Shown piece by piece: positions 1 to 9,822 of a stretch of 59,425 nucleotides of DNA. Each line of letters opens with the position of its first letter. Position 1 is the stretch's first letter. The position numbers and the translations under genes are program-made. The notes under the pieces were generated by a model. It searched no databases. It was not told the origin of the DNA and saw only the letters and a program-made list of their open reading frames with translations. The stretch is from Gammaproteobacteria bacterium (lineage in GTDB: Bacteria > Pseudomonadota > Gammaproteobacteria > Pseudomonadales > Litorivicinaceae): assembly GCA_002730235.1 (NCBI GenBank), contig PBZS01000040.1:11385-70809 (forward strand), in the 5' to 3' direction.

Positions 1-416
1 TTAAGTTCCACTTCCTCGGTGGCATCGCGTGTCAATAAATCTCTAGTGGTCAAGCTCTCTGCACGTCTCAACTGCTGCTCGCGCACAGCCTTACGCTGGT
101 TCAATAAGGCTAGTTGTGCTTTCAGATATCCCATCCGATTTTTCAGGCTCTTTAAATTATTACGAATTTCTGTATCGTCCAGCTGTGCAAGCTTGTCACC
201 AGCTCTCACCGTATCTCCGACTCGCACTTCCATCGACCGTATGGATTCTGAAATCTCAGCAGATAATGTATGGATCTCACCCGCGACAACACGCCCGGAA
301 GCCGCCGTACCAGCCTGTACTTTCATAATTACAGCCTTGTCCACGTACACGGGGACTCCTGCAGCCGCCAAGGACTGCGAGACGAGCAAAGAAACGACTA
401 TGATAAATTGACGCAT
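1..416 (-). CDS. RND efflux periplasmic adaptor (membrane fusion protein), N-terminal part; runs off the window edge
   Basis: Manual translation from ATG 416: MRQFIIVVSLLVSQSLAAAG... (signal-like), lipoyl-like motif MEVRVGDTVRAGDKLAQLDD, then coiled coil; no stop before position 1. The + strand ORF 19..411 is its antisense shadow. Confidence 0.8.
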   Translation of the reverse strand, partial: MRQFIIVVSLLVSQSLAAAGVPVYVDKAVIMKVQAGTAASGRVVAGEIHTLSAEISESIRSMEVRVGDTVRAGDKLAQLDDTEIRNNLKSLKNRMGYLKAQLALLNQRKAVREQQLRRAESLTTRDLLTRDATEEVEL

Positions 417-504
417 TCCATTCGACTTCTGTAGTAATCTTAAAGAGTTTTATGCGCCTTATTTCGAGCAAATAACAGCTATTTTAAAAAAAATTGGAGG
501 CCTA

Positions 505-945
505 GTGCAATATCTTCACACGATGATTCGTATCACTGATATCGACGCCTCAATGCGTTTTTACCGTGATGGCCTCGGTTTACAGGAAGTCCGACGGTTC
601 GAGAGTGAGGCCGGTCGTTTTACTTTACTTTTTTTGGCAGCTCCACATGATGTTGAGGCCGCTAAAATAAATAAAGCACCACTCGTCGAGCTAACTTACA
701 ACTGGGATCCGGAAGAGCACTCTGGTGGCAGAAATTTCGGACATCTAGCCTACCGAGTCGACGATATCTATGCGTTATGCGGTCACTTAGAGAGCCAAGG
801 TGTCACCATAAACCGGCCGCCGCGAGACGGCTATATGGCTTTTGTTAAAAGTCCTGATGGGATTTCTATAGAACTCCTACAATCTGGTGATCCGCTCCCT
901 CCAGCCGAGCCATGGTCTACGATGTCTAATACCGGGACTTGGTAA
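505..945 (+). CDS. gloA: Lactoylglutathione lyase (glyoxalase I, VOC family)
   Basis: YLHTMIRI, ELTYNWD, GRNFGHLAY, FVKSPDGISIELLQ motifs; GGAGG RBS before GTG. Confidence 0.9.
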   Translation: MQYLHTMIRITDIDASMRFYRDGLGLQEVRRFESEAGRFTLLFLAAPHDVEAAKINKAPLVELTYNWDPEEHSGGRNFGHLAYRVDDIYALCGHLESQGVTINRPPRDGYMAFVKSPDGISIELLQSGDPLPPAEPWSTMSNTGTW

Positions 946-984
946 ACCTGATACACTAATTATGGCAAAAAAAGGATTAGAACC

Positions 985-1728
985 ATGATTAAACAACTCT
1001 TATCAGCACTTGCTTTTAGTGCCGTTGCGTCAGCCTCAAGCGCCGGGGGCATCCCGGATCCTTTACGTATTGCAACCGAAGGCGCCTACCCCCCATTCAA
1101 TGGTGTCGATGCAAGCGGCAAACTCATCGGGTTTGATGTCGATATCGCGATAGCTCTCTGTGAAGAAATGAAAGCAAACTGCGAGCTGGTGGCGCAGGAT
1201 TGGGATGGAATCATCCCTGCATTAGTCGCGAACAAGTACGATGCGATCATTGCTTCGATGTCAATAACAGATGAACGTAAGAAAACAATCGACTTCACAA
1301 ATAAGTATTACTCTAATTATCTAGCGGTTATCGGCGAGAAAGGCAAGTTAGCAGGAACCAACGATTTGGCAGGGAAGGTTGTGGGCGCCCAACGCTCCAC
1401 GTTGGCCTCGCAATGGGCTGAAGATAATCTTATGGGTAAGGCAGATGTAAAGTTGTATGACACCCAGACCGCGGCTTACGCTGACCTCTCTGCGGGGCGT
1501 TTGGATTCTATGGTATCGGATATATACCCCGCGATGGACTGGCTGAAGGACAATAGTGGTTACGAGCTTTCCGGTAATGCAATTGACATTAACGATCAAA
1601 TTGGCATCGGCATACGTCAAGGCGAGTCGGATCTTAAGGCAGCCTTCAACAAAGCAATTGATATGATCCGCGCCAACGGTACTTACGCAAAGATCAACGC
1701 TAAATACTTCTCTGCTGATATCTATTAA
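985..1728 (+). CDS. Polar amino-acid ABC transporter substrate-binding protein (ArgT/HisJ-like, family 3)
   Basis: Signal peptide; TEGAYPPFN, GFDVDIA, WDGIIPAL, SMSITDERKK motifs. Confidence 0.9.
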   Translation: MIKQLLSALAFSAVASASSAGGIPDPLRIATEGAYPPFNGVDASGKLIGFDVDIAIALCEEMKANCELVAQDWDGIIPALVANKYDAIIASMSITDERKKTIDFTNKYYSNYLAVIGEKGKLAGTNDLAGKVVGAQRSTLASQWAEDNLMGKADVKLYDTQTAAYADLSAGRLDSMVSDIYPAMDWLKDNSGYELSGNAIDINDQIGIGIRQGESDLKAAFNKAIDMIRANGTYAKINAKYFSADIY

Positions 1729-1735
1729 TCGGATC

Positions 1736-1753
1736 TGGGGGCGAAAGCCCTCA
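1736..1753 (+). other. Intercistronic GAAA-tetraloop hairpin
   Basis: TGGGGGC-GAAA-GCCCTCA, 7-bp stem with one G-U pair, between the binding-protein gene and first permease. Confidence 0.55.
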
Positions 1754-1760
1754 TTTCGGC

Positions 1761-2471
1761 ATGGACACGTTATCTAAGTTGTCATTAGGGCAGTTCGGTT
1801 GGGGTGACGAGCTTCTGATCGGAGCTCTTATGACCGTTAGTCTCGCAGTTGTTTCGTTGATTGTAGGATTGGTAATCGGAGGGATAATAGCTCTTTGTAA
1901 AATCCAACCAATTTCTGTTCTTCGAGGATTCGCGCACGGATTGACTCTAGTCTTCCGGGGGACTCCAGAATTTTTAGTGATTTTAGTTGTTTTTTTTGGG
2001 CTCGATATTGTAATAAATACGCTTTTGAGTGCTTTCGCTATAGATCTCAGGGTATCAACACCCAAATTCTGGGCGGGCGCACTTGGTCTTGGCCTGATTT
2101 TCGGAGTGTATGCTTCTGAGGTATTCAAAGGCTCATACTACGCAGTCCCAAAAGGGATAATTGAGGCGTCACACGCATTAGGTCTTAGTAAATTTCAAAC
2201 CATCGTTCGAATACACATCCCTTTAATGTGGAGCTACGCGCTCCCTGGGTTGATGAATCTCTGGCTCGTGTTGCTCAAGGACACCTCTCTGGTCGCCGTC
2301 ATCGCGTTTGATGAACTTTTAAGAACAGCGAAAGTCGCTGGCGAAACCGAGCGAGAACCGTTTATCTTTTTCCTAGCAGCTGCGGCATTATATTTATTGA
2401 TGACCTGGCTAAGTGATCAATCGAGGATCCGACTCGAAAATCGAGTCAGCTTGGCTGGACGAAACCTATGA
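1761..2471 (+). CDS. Polar amino-acid ABC transporter permease (HisQ/AotQ-like)
   Basis: VFRGTPE, YASEVFKG, EAA loop (EASHALGL), LLKDTSLV. Confidence 0.9.
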   Translation: MDTLSKLSLGQFGWGDELLIGALMTVSLAVVSLIVGLVIGGIIALCKIQPISVLRGFAHGLTLVFRGTPEFLVILVVFFGLDIVINTLLSAFAIDLRVSTPKFWAGALGLGLIFGVYASEVFKGSYYAVPKGIIEASHALGLSKFQTIVRIHIPLMWSYALPGLMNLWLVLLKDTSLVAVIAFDELLRTAKVAGETEREPFIFFLAAAALYLLMTWLSDQSRIRLENRVSLAGRNL

Positions 2472-3265
2472 CAGAGGGAATTTTCAATAGTATCTACTTT
2501 TGGTTTAAAGGTTGGCACTACGACATTGGCGAGGCTGTATGTCTCCCGCTTGAGCAGATCCTGCCAAGCTCAATCAGTCCATACTGCCCTCGGCTAATTG
2601 ACGGCTTCTTTAGCACTTTTGAGCTTGTTGCGCTTTCACTAATTTTCGCCTTCTTACTCGCTAGAATGATGACTCAACTTCTTGTGATCGGCCCAATCCT
2701 GAGTCATAGACCAATCAAGATATATATCTATATATTTCAAGGTACTCCAATCCTGATCCAACTTTGGATGGTTTACTTCGGTTTGGCGCAGTTTAAGTGG
2801 ATCCAAGAGTCAGTAGGATGGATATTTTTAGGTAGTGGTTGGTGGGTGGGCTTGATAGTTTTGACTCTAAATTCTGCAGCCTATCAAACCAATATCTTAA
2901 TTGGTGCAATCCGTAACCTACCGCAGGGTCAGTTGGAAGGGGCTCGTTCGATGGGTATGAACCCTCGGCAGACCTACCGAATGATCCTTTTCCCCCAAGC
3001 CATAAGAACGTCATGGTCAGCACTTGCGAATGAAGGAATTTTATTACTCAAAGCGAGTGCACTCGTAAGTACCATAACTGTACTTGATCTGATGGGCCAT
3101 GCCAGAACGATCTTTTCTCGAAGCTACGATCTTTGGGTATATGGTGGAGCAGCGTTATTATATATCCTACTCACGGCTTTTATGACCCTTACCGCTTTCT
3201 TAATTCGTCGCTACTGGTTCCAAAGCCTCCCCACCGATCCTTGGTTCAGGGAAATCTCGCGCTAG
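2468..3265 (+). CDS. Polar amino-acid ABC transporter permease (HisM/AotM-like)
   Basis: FQGTPILIQL, LNSAAY, GQLEGARSMGM, LLKASALVSTI; ATGA overlap with upstream permease. Confidence 0.9.
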   Translation: MTEGIFNSIYFWFKGWHYDIGEAVCLPLEQILPSSISPYCPRLIDGFFSTFELVALSLIFAFLLARMMTQLLVIGPILSHRPIKIYIYIFQGTPILIQLWMVYFGLAQFKWIQESVGWIFLGSGWWVGLIVLTLNSAAYQTNILIGAIRNLPQGQLEGARSMGMNPRQTYRMILFPQAIRTSWSALANEGILLLKASALVSTITVLDLMGHARTIFSRSYDLWVYGGAALLYILLTAFMTLTAFLIRRYWFQSLPTDPWFREISR

Positions 3266-3268
3266 ACG

Positions 3269-3835
3269 CTAGTTCCTATACGCAGCCTTCGCCTCAGCCT
3301 CATCAACTTCAAGAACACCACCTTTCGCTGCATCACGCTCATGCTGAACAATATCGCGAGCATCCCATGGGTAATCCACCCAAACATCTTCAATGTCCCT
3401 GCCAACAAATACATGCTTCACAGTTTTTGGGAATTCTGCCTTCTTAGGTTTCAACTTATTGTGCATGACAAAGACCCCAATCTCGGCCGGATTTTCAGCA
3501 AGGAGTTCACCGATCGCAAAGGCTAACGTCGTCCGCTCGTCATCCACTTCGTCAACCAATAAAACACGTTTCCCCGTAATCATATTATTTACACCCTCTA
3601 CCCACTGGAGTTTGTAAGGAATGTCTGATGGTGGTGCGTCGGGGTGGTACCTAGCCAGAGATATAGCGATCAGCGGCTTCTCTACATAGGTTCGCAAGAT
3701 ACGCGCGGGAATAAAGCCACCACCGCCGATCGCAAGAATGACGTCAAATTGAAAATCACTCGCAATAATTTTCCGAACACCATGCGCTATTGTTTGGTGA
3801 AGATCAGCGTAAGAAAAACGAAGACGTGTGCTCAT
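3269..3835 (-). CDS. Purine (hypoxanthine/xanthine/guanine) phosphoribosyltransferase, yeast Hpt1/Xpt1-like
   Basis: AIGGGGFIPARILR, PRPP motif VLLVDEVDDERTTL, VMHNKLKPK, WVDYPWD; start set at second ATG (3835), alternative 3859. Confidence 0.8.
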   Translation of the reverse strand: MSTRLRFSYADLHQTIAHGVRKIIASDFQFDVILAIGGGGFIPARILRTYVEKPLIAISLARYHPDAPPSDIPYKLQWVEGVNNMITGKRVLLVDEVDDERTTLAFAIGELLAENPAEIGVFVMHNKLKPKKAEFPKTVKHVFVGRDIEDVWVDYPWDARDIVQHERDAAKGGVLEVDEAEAKAAYRN

Positions 3836-4295
3836 GAAAACTTTCCGGTAAAAATGCATGGTATCACTGAGCGGTCGAGATATTCGACTACCAAATCGAA
3901 TCTATTACTACCCCTTACATTAGATAATTTACCATCAGTAACGCTAAGGAGCCGGTGAGATAGCTTTTACCTCCGCCACCGATCGGTCTTTATCGGTATA
4001 GCAACAAATCAACTCTTCAAACGGATTCTATCATTTATAATCGATCTACTTTTTTGTAAGCTCTGTCACAGAATTACATGCATCTGATCTGTCTTATTTC
4101 ACTGGTTTAGCATGTGAGTCTATCAGCTAGTGTTTATTTTACGTTCGAATCAATGTCCAAAAATACTGCGGGATAATCTAACCCAAATCACAAATTAGCT
4201 GAATTCAGCGAACAATATCTTTTCTACTCTTACGTAATTCGCGAAGTACGTTACACTGCTCTAACCAGTCCCATTACAATTTGGAAATCATTTCT

Positions 4296-6569
4296 ATGTC
4301 GAATGACCTCCGTGAGGCGGCGCTGCGCTATCACCGTGCAGTGCCCGCCGGAAAATTAGAGATCGCACCAACCAAGCCAATGGCTACGCAGCGAGATTTG
4401 TCACTGGCCTACAGCCCTGGTGTTGCATACGCGTGTACTGAGATTGCTGAAGATCCTAGTAAAGCTGCCTACCTGACGGCCCGCGCCAATATGGTCGCAG
4501 TAATCACTAACGGCACAGCAGTCCTTGGATTAGGTGCAATCGGGCCCTTAGCCTCAAAACCAGTCATGGAGGGTAAGGCAGTTCTGTTCAAAAAATTTGC
4601 CAACGTTAACTCAATTGACATCGAGGTCGATACCACCGATGTAGATCGCTTCTGCGATGTTGTTTCTGCGTTAGAGCCCTCTTTTGGGGGGATTAATCTG
4701 GAGGATATAAAAGCCCCGGAGTGCTTCGAGATAGAGTCACGGCTTCGGGAGCAGATGAATATCCCAGTTTTCCACGACGATCAGCATGGCACAGCTATCG
4801 TGGTTGGAGCCGGAATACTAAACGCCATGCGCTTGGTCGGAAAAGATCTGGACAAAATTAAGCTAGTTTGCTCAGGTGCGGGAGCAGCAGCCCTCGCATG
4901 CCTAAATATGCTTAAAACACTCGGAGTGAAGCGAGAGAACATTCTCGTATGCGATCAACATGGAATTCTCCGCATTGGTCGCGAAGCTCGGATGGATGAG
5001 CATAAATCACAGTATGCTAGGGACACTGAACTAGCGACGTTAAAAGAGGCATTGGTCGGTGCTGACGCATTTTTAGGGCTCTCAGTACCCGGCGTCATTG
5101 ATCAGGAGGACGTCATGAATATGGCAGATCATCCAGTAATTTTTGCTCTTGCGAACCCGACACCCGAAATCATGCCTGAACGAGTTAAGGAAGTTCGTCC
5201 TGACGCGCTGATTGCAACCGGTCGCTCAGATTACCCAAATCAAGTTAACAATGTGCTGTGTTTCCCATTTCTGTTCCGTGGCGCGCTTGATTGCGGAGCA
5301 ACAGTCATCAACGAGGAGATGAAGGCTGCCTGCGCGAAAGCTATAGCTGCTATGGTACATGCAGCTCCGTCCGATGAGGTACTAAATACTTATCAAGGAG
5401 AGCAGTTAACGTTTGGGCCGGAGTATTTTATTCCTAAGCCATTCGACACACGCTTAATTATGGAGATCCCACCCGGAGTTGCTCAAGCGGCTCATGAATC
5501 TGGCGTAGCGACACGACCTATTGATGATCTAGATGCATACCGTGACGACCTGAGTCGTTTTGTGTTCCGTTCTGGAATGCTGATGAAGCCAATGTTTGAG
5601 GCTGCTCGTGCAACTAAACGTCGCCTAGTACTCGCTGAGGGTGAAGGCGGTAAAATGTTACAAGCGTGTCAATTGATCGTGTCCGAGAAACTCGCCGATG
5701 TCACTCTTGTTGGCAGACCACACGTGATTCAAGAAAAGATAAAGTCCATGGGCCTGTCAATCGTTCCAGACCAAGATTTTAAAATAGTAGATAACTTGTG
5801 TGATGATATTATGACTCCGATCGGTGAAGAATATCATGCGCTCATGGCTCGCATGGGCATTACGCCAAAAGCGGCTCAAACGCGCGTCCGTGCAAACACA
5901 ACCGTCGTTTCTTCTATGCTACTTCACCGGGGCGATGCTGACGCTATGCTCTGTGGTACCTTTGGGACCTATGGAAAGCATCTTCGGATAGTCGAGGACA
6001 TCATAGGCCACACCGGAGAGTCCCAGGTGATTGGAGCTCTGACAGTATTAATACTGCCACAAGGGACCATTTTTTTGACGGATACGCATGTGAACCTCGA
6101 CCCAACCGCTGAACAGTTGTGTGAACTCGCTAAACTAGCTGCAGAGGAAATTCGACGGTTTGGCATGCAGCCCAAAGCCGCCTTTCTATCCCATTCTAAT
6201 TTCGGATCTTCCAACACAACTTCCGCACAAAAAGTTCGACAGGCAGTAACCATGTTCATGGAAAGATATCCCGAAATCGAGGCCGATGGTGAAATGCACG
6301 CGGATGCTGCATTAGAAGAAAAAGTTCGTTTGGATTTACTACCAAATAGCAAACTGACAGGCGCGGCCAATTTATTAGTCTGTCCAAACCTCGACTCTGC
6401 CAATATCGCAAGAAATTTGTTAAAAGTGCTCGGTAACGGTGTGACCGTGGGACCACTTTTGCTTGGTCTCAAGAAAGAGGCCCATGTTTCCACTGCGTCG
6501 AACTCACCTCGAGGAATTTTCAATATGGCGGCAGTTGCTTTAGCTAATGTGAATCGAAACAACGATTAA
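4296..6569 (+). CDS. maeB: NADP-dependent malic enzyme with C-terminal phosphotransacetylase-like domain
   Basis: [62 protein letters not shown]; about 757 aa. Confidence 0.95.
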   Translation: MSNDLREAALRYHRAVPAGKLEIAPTKPMATQRDLSLAYSPGVAYACTEIAEDPSKAAYLTARANMVAVITNGTAVLGLGAIGPLASKPVMEGKAVLFKKFANVNSIDIEVDTTDVDRFCDVVSALEPSFGGINLEDIKAPECFEIESRLREQMNIPVFHDDQHGTAIVVGAGILNAMRLVGKDLDKIKLVCSGAGAAALACLNMLKTLGVKRENILVCDQHGILRIGREARMDEHKSQYARDTELATLKEALVGADAFLGLSVPGVIDQEDVMNMADHPVIFALANPTPEIMPERVKEVRPDALIATGRSDYPNQVNNVLCFPFLFRGALDCGATVINEEMKAACAKAIAAMVHAAPSDEVLNTYQGEQLTFGPEYFIPKPFDTRLIMEIPPGVAQAAHESGVATRPIDDLDAYRDDLSRFVFRSGMLMKPMFEAARATKRRLVLAEGEGGKMLQACQLIVSEKLADVTLVGRPHVIQEKIKSMGLSIVPDQDFKIVDNLCDDIMTPIGEEYHALMARMGITPKAAQTRVRANTTVVSSMLLHRGDADAMLCGTFGTYGKHLRIVEDIIGHTGESQVIGALTVLILPQGTIFLTDTHVNLDPTAEQLCELAKLAAEEIRRFGMQPKAAFLSHSNFGSSNTTSAQKVRQAVTMFMERYPEIEADGEMHADAALEEKVRLDLLPNSKLTGAANLLVCPNLDSANIARNLLKVLGNGVTVGPLLLGLKKEAHVSTASNSPRGIFNMAAVALANVNRNND

Positions 6570-6615
6570 TGGTTCGGCTGGCCAGCGCAATATTCGAGCT
6601 TAAATCGCTCTGTTT

Positions 6616-7503
6616 TTAAGCTAGTTCGTCCACTAGAAAATCTATCAGTACACGGGTTTTAAGTGGTAAGTGGCGGCCGTGAGGGAAAATGGCATAAAGT
6701 TTTCGCTCTGGGATAAGTTGATAGTCGGGGAGTACCTCTCGCAAGTGCTCATTCTCAAGCTCAGATTCGACCATAAACCGGGGTAAAAATATTAAACCTT
6801 GACCCGCCCTAGCAAAGGACACCATCATCTGATCGTTATTTGTTGATAACTTGGCCTGAGTAGCGATTTGCACGGGTTCGTCTGGACCTTTTTGTAGCTT
6901 CAACCGTTGTGCGTTTCGATCAGATCCATAGTGCACGAACGGGATATTGGCTAGATCATCTGGCGTCTCGGGCGTCCCATACTCTGCAAGTAAGATCGGT
7001 GCACCCACAAGCACCATCGGGACGTCTGCAAGCCTGCGAGCGACCAGCGAAGAATCCTCCAAGTGACCGATCCGAATCGCAAGATCAAAACCCTCTCCGA
7101 CCAAATCAACAAAACGATCGGATAATTCAACGTGCAAATGAATACCAGAATTCTTCACAACAAATGAAGTCAAAGGCTCTTTCAATACCCGCTGGGCGAG
7201 TGCTACAGGTGCAGAAATACGAAGAGACCCTTCCGGATTCACTTTACGACCAGCAAGCATCTCACCGACTTCCTCAATACCCTCCACGAGTGGTGCAGAT
7301 CGCTCGAATAAGAATGACCCTTCGTCGGTCAAGCTCAATTGACGAGTTGTACGATGAAATAGGCGTACGCCGAGATCATTCTCTAGGCGCTGAACTTGCT
7401 TACTCACCGCCGACCCCGTCATACCAAGACGTCTCGCTGCCTCAGCAAAACTACCGTGACGAGCAACGGCAACAAAAATTGGTATTCTTGAAAGACGATC
7501 CAT
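6616..7503 (-). CDS. LysR-family transcriptional regulator (CrgA/DmlR-like)
   Basis: GSFAEAARRLG..SAVSKQVQRLE..LGVRLFHRTTR HTH; DLVGEGFDLAIRIG. Confidence 0.93.
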   Translation of the reverse strand: MDRLSRIPIFVAVARHGSFAEAARRLGMTGSAVSKQVQRLENDLGVRLFHRTTRQLSLTDEGSFLFERSAPLVEGIEEVGEMLAGRKVNPEGSLRISAPVALAQRVLKEPLTSFVVKNSGIHLHVELSDRFVDLVGEGFDLAIRIGHLEDSSLVARRLADVPMVLVGAPILLAEYGTPETPDDLANIPFVHYGSDRNAQRLKLQKGPDEPVQIATQAKLSTNNDQMMVSFARAGQGLIFLPRFMVESELENEHLREVLPDYQLIPERKLYAIFPHGRHLPLKTRVLIDFLVDELA

Positions 7504-7632
7504 AATAATTCCGTAGCACTATCTCTCAAACGATATTAGTTCCAAAATAGAGTTAATCAATTAATTTTTTATTTTATTTAAATCCTTTTTATTAGTAGTG
7601 ATCTCGGCTAACGTAAAAATTAGGAGATAACT

Positions 7633-8015
7633 ATGGTAAGCGCTGCACTTGGAATGACCCTGAACCTAGTCGCGCTCGGCATTATTATTCTTGCTGACGG
7701 CTATGTGTTGAAAATTAAAACGTTCACCATCGCTGGAAAGGAAGCCTACTTTGAGAATATGGATTTTCTGGCGAAGGAGGCCTACCTTGTGATTACTTAT
7801 GAGGCTTTCTGTGGCCTTGCTCCAATCATTGGGGCTCCTACGCGACCAGCCGCTTATTGATTTATTCCAATTCTTCTAGGAACAACTTAGACGCACTTGT
7901 GAAATAACAAGTATTTTCCGTAGAGGACGGTAAAGGAGAATCTTTTGTTCTTCTCGTCATTCCCGCGTTTAGCATCGGTCTAGACAGTGCAGGCAGGTAC
8001 GCAGTCAACAAATAG
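7633..8015 (+). pseudogene. DoxX-family membrane protein pseudogene
   Basis: Good RBS (TAGGAG). Reading through stops at 7858-60, 7888-90 and 7900-02 and a frameshift near 7910 gives ...VALGIIILADG.VLK..TFTIAG...AYLVI..E...GLA.I.G..TR..A.*FIPILLGTT*THL*N / VFSVEDGKGE...GLDSAGRYAV*, matching the DoxX layout. Confidence 0.75.
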
Positions 8016-8073
8016 ACTCGACGAAAAGCTTGATAAGTTTTCGGTCTGAAACCCAAGCAACAATTGAGTAATC

Positions 8074-8808
8074 TCATGGGATAATCATCTGGCCATCCCA
8101 GGCGATCACTTGCCCTGTCCGCTCTGGCGTCAGATGATTCAAGACGTCCCAGAGATAGGCGGCCGACTGATCAGGACTGAATAACTTATTGGAAGGAACT
8201 CCTGTCTGAAAGGGTTTAGAGAGATCAGTATCTACTGTCCCCGGATGCAAGCCAACGATCACGGCCTTGGGATTAGTTCGTGAAAGTTCCAAACTCAAAT
8301 TCTTGGTCAACATGTTTTGAGCCGTTTTACTTGCACGATAGCTGTGCCAACCTCCCAAACGATTGTCTCCGATGGATGCAACACGTGCCGAAAGGGTCGC
8401 CACTACTAACGTCTCTCGATGACGTATCAGAGTGCCCAAGGCTGCATACCATAAAAACGGTCCAAAACAGTTTATAGAAAATACTGTTTCGAGTTTAGAG
8501 CGGGTAAGGTCGGCAAGTTTTTTTTCTGGTCTTACCTCGGCAGACTCATCTTGTAGAATCCCGGCGGTCGTCAGCACCAGATGAAGCTTATCTGTTTGAG
8601 AAGCAATCTTTTCAGATGCTTCTTTGATCGACGTATCACATATCAAATCAAGCTCAATAGGAATCACCCGAGAGTCCTCAGTTACGATGCGAGTCCGATC
8701 GCGGGCAGTCACAAAGATCTGTTCAAATTCTCCAGACTTTAGAACTCGATCGACCAAAGCCCGTCCCAGACCGCTCGCGCCACCCTGAATTAATGCAGAC
8801 TGTGTCAT
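8074..8808 (-). CDS. Short-chain dehydrogenase/reductase, CsgA (C-factor)-like
   Basis: QGGASGLG, PEKKL, SARVASIGDNRLGGWHSYRASK, LHPGTVDTDLSKPF. Confidence 0.88.
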   Translation of the reverse strand: MTQSALIQGGASGLGRALVDRVLKSGEFEQIFVTARDRTRIVTEDSRVIPIELDLICDTSIKEASEKIASQTDKLHLVLTTAGILQDESAEVRPEKKLADLTRSKLETVFSINCFGPFLWYAALGTLIRHRETLVVATLSARVASIGDNRLGGWHSYRASKTAQNMLTKNLSLELSRTNPKAVIVGLHPGTVDTDLSKPFQTGVPSNKLFSPDQSAAYLWDVLNHLTPERTGQVIAWDGQMIIP

Positions 8809-8811
8809 CGA

Positions 8812-9822
8812 TTACCACCTAAAGAGTCTTATGCTGATACTCATACCAATCGCGCAAAATACGCCCAAAAATCCGAGACTAAGAGCAATATCCGCTAGTC
8901 CGGCGTCGTTTAGCATCACCGCGCGAGCGGCCTCCAAAACGTGTGTGAGCGGTAACACCTGTGCTATCACTTGAACCCATTCTGGTGAGCCATCTAGCGA
9001 AAACCAGACGCCAGATAATAGTAACATTGGAAATGTGATTGCATTCAGAAGACCATCTGCAAACTCCTTGCTTTCGGTTCTACAGGCAATCGCCAGGCCC
9101 AATGTGATCATCGCTAGGCCACCAACCAAAGCGATGAGTAGCAAGAGAGCGATACTACCCACCATCTTGTAATCCAGCATCAAATTAGTACCAACAAAGA
9201 CAATCACACTCGCAGTCAAAGTCACCAATAGTCGAGACAATACCTGCGCTGACAAAAATTCAAACTTTGTCAGGGGCGTGGCCTTCAGACGCCTTAGGTA
9301 GCCGGACTGTCGGTACCGTACAACCACATAGCCAATACCCCACAGTGCGCTATACATCATATTCATCCCAAGGATTCCGGGTACTGCCCAGTCAATATAA
9401 CGAATGGCTTCACCATCCGTCTCCCCGCGTTGTAGTGGTCGATCCTCGGTGTACTTTAGAAGTAATTCCAGAATAGCACCTGACGCTGAATTCCCGTTCA
9501 CCCAATAACCCACGGACCCATCGACAATCTTCAAAACCAGATCTGTTTGTTGGCGTGATAACCGATCTAATGCTTTGTCTTGTTGATCAGAAATCGTCTC
9601 AACTCCGGGGAAATTAACTATCTCCGGTAACGCTTCTGTACCAATCACTGTTACCACAAATAGCGCTCTCGGAGGTCCTGAAAAAACGATGGCAAGTGCA
9701 AATACGATCATCACCGGAAATACAAGATTCCAACCAAAACTTGCCCGATCACGGAGGTATTCGAGATTTCTAGCAATAAAGATTGCCCTCATACGTCGCA
9801 AAGAACGCGAGATTGAACTCAC
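8812..9822 (-). CDS. ABC-2 type exporter permease
   Basis: RYIDWAVPGILGMN, LRRLKATP, PMLLLSGVWF, LPLTH; multiple TM helices. Confidence 0.88.
   Translation of the reverse strand: MSSISRSLRRMRAIFIARNLEYLRDRASFGWNLVFPVMIVFALAIVFSGPPRALFVVTVIGTEALPEIVNFPGVETISDQQDKALDRLSRQQTDLVLKIVDGSVGYWVNGNSASGAILELLLKYTEDRPLQRGETDGEAIRYIDWAVPGILGMNMMYSALWGIGYVVVRYRQSGYLRRLKATPLTKFEFLSAQVLSRLLVTLTASVIVFVGTNLMLDYKMVGSIALLLLIALVGGLAMITLGLAIACRTESKEFADGLLNAITFPMLLLSGVWFSLDGSPEWVQVIAQVLPLTHVLEAARAVMLNDAGLADIALSLGFLGVFCAIGMSISIRLFRW

Noticed and set aside
19-411. + strand 130-aa ORF
   Set aside because: Antisense shadow of the minus-strand RND adaptor starting at 416
3832-3975. Short minus-strand frame (…HRLLSVTDGKLSNVRG…) ending in an ATGA overlap with the PRTase, and a nearby IGGGG-like string
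   Set aside because: No start codon or recognisable family; consistent with chance
5969-7505. Long alternative ORFs 5969..6562 (-) and 6909..7505 (+)
   Set aside because: Antisense to maeB and the LysR gene; no motifs
7862-8077. 71-aa minus-strand ORF following the SDR stop
   Set aside because: Antisense to the DoxX pseudogene remnant, which explains the region better; no recognisable features
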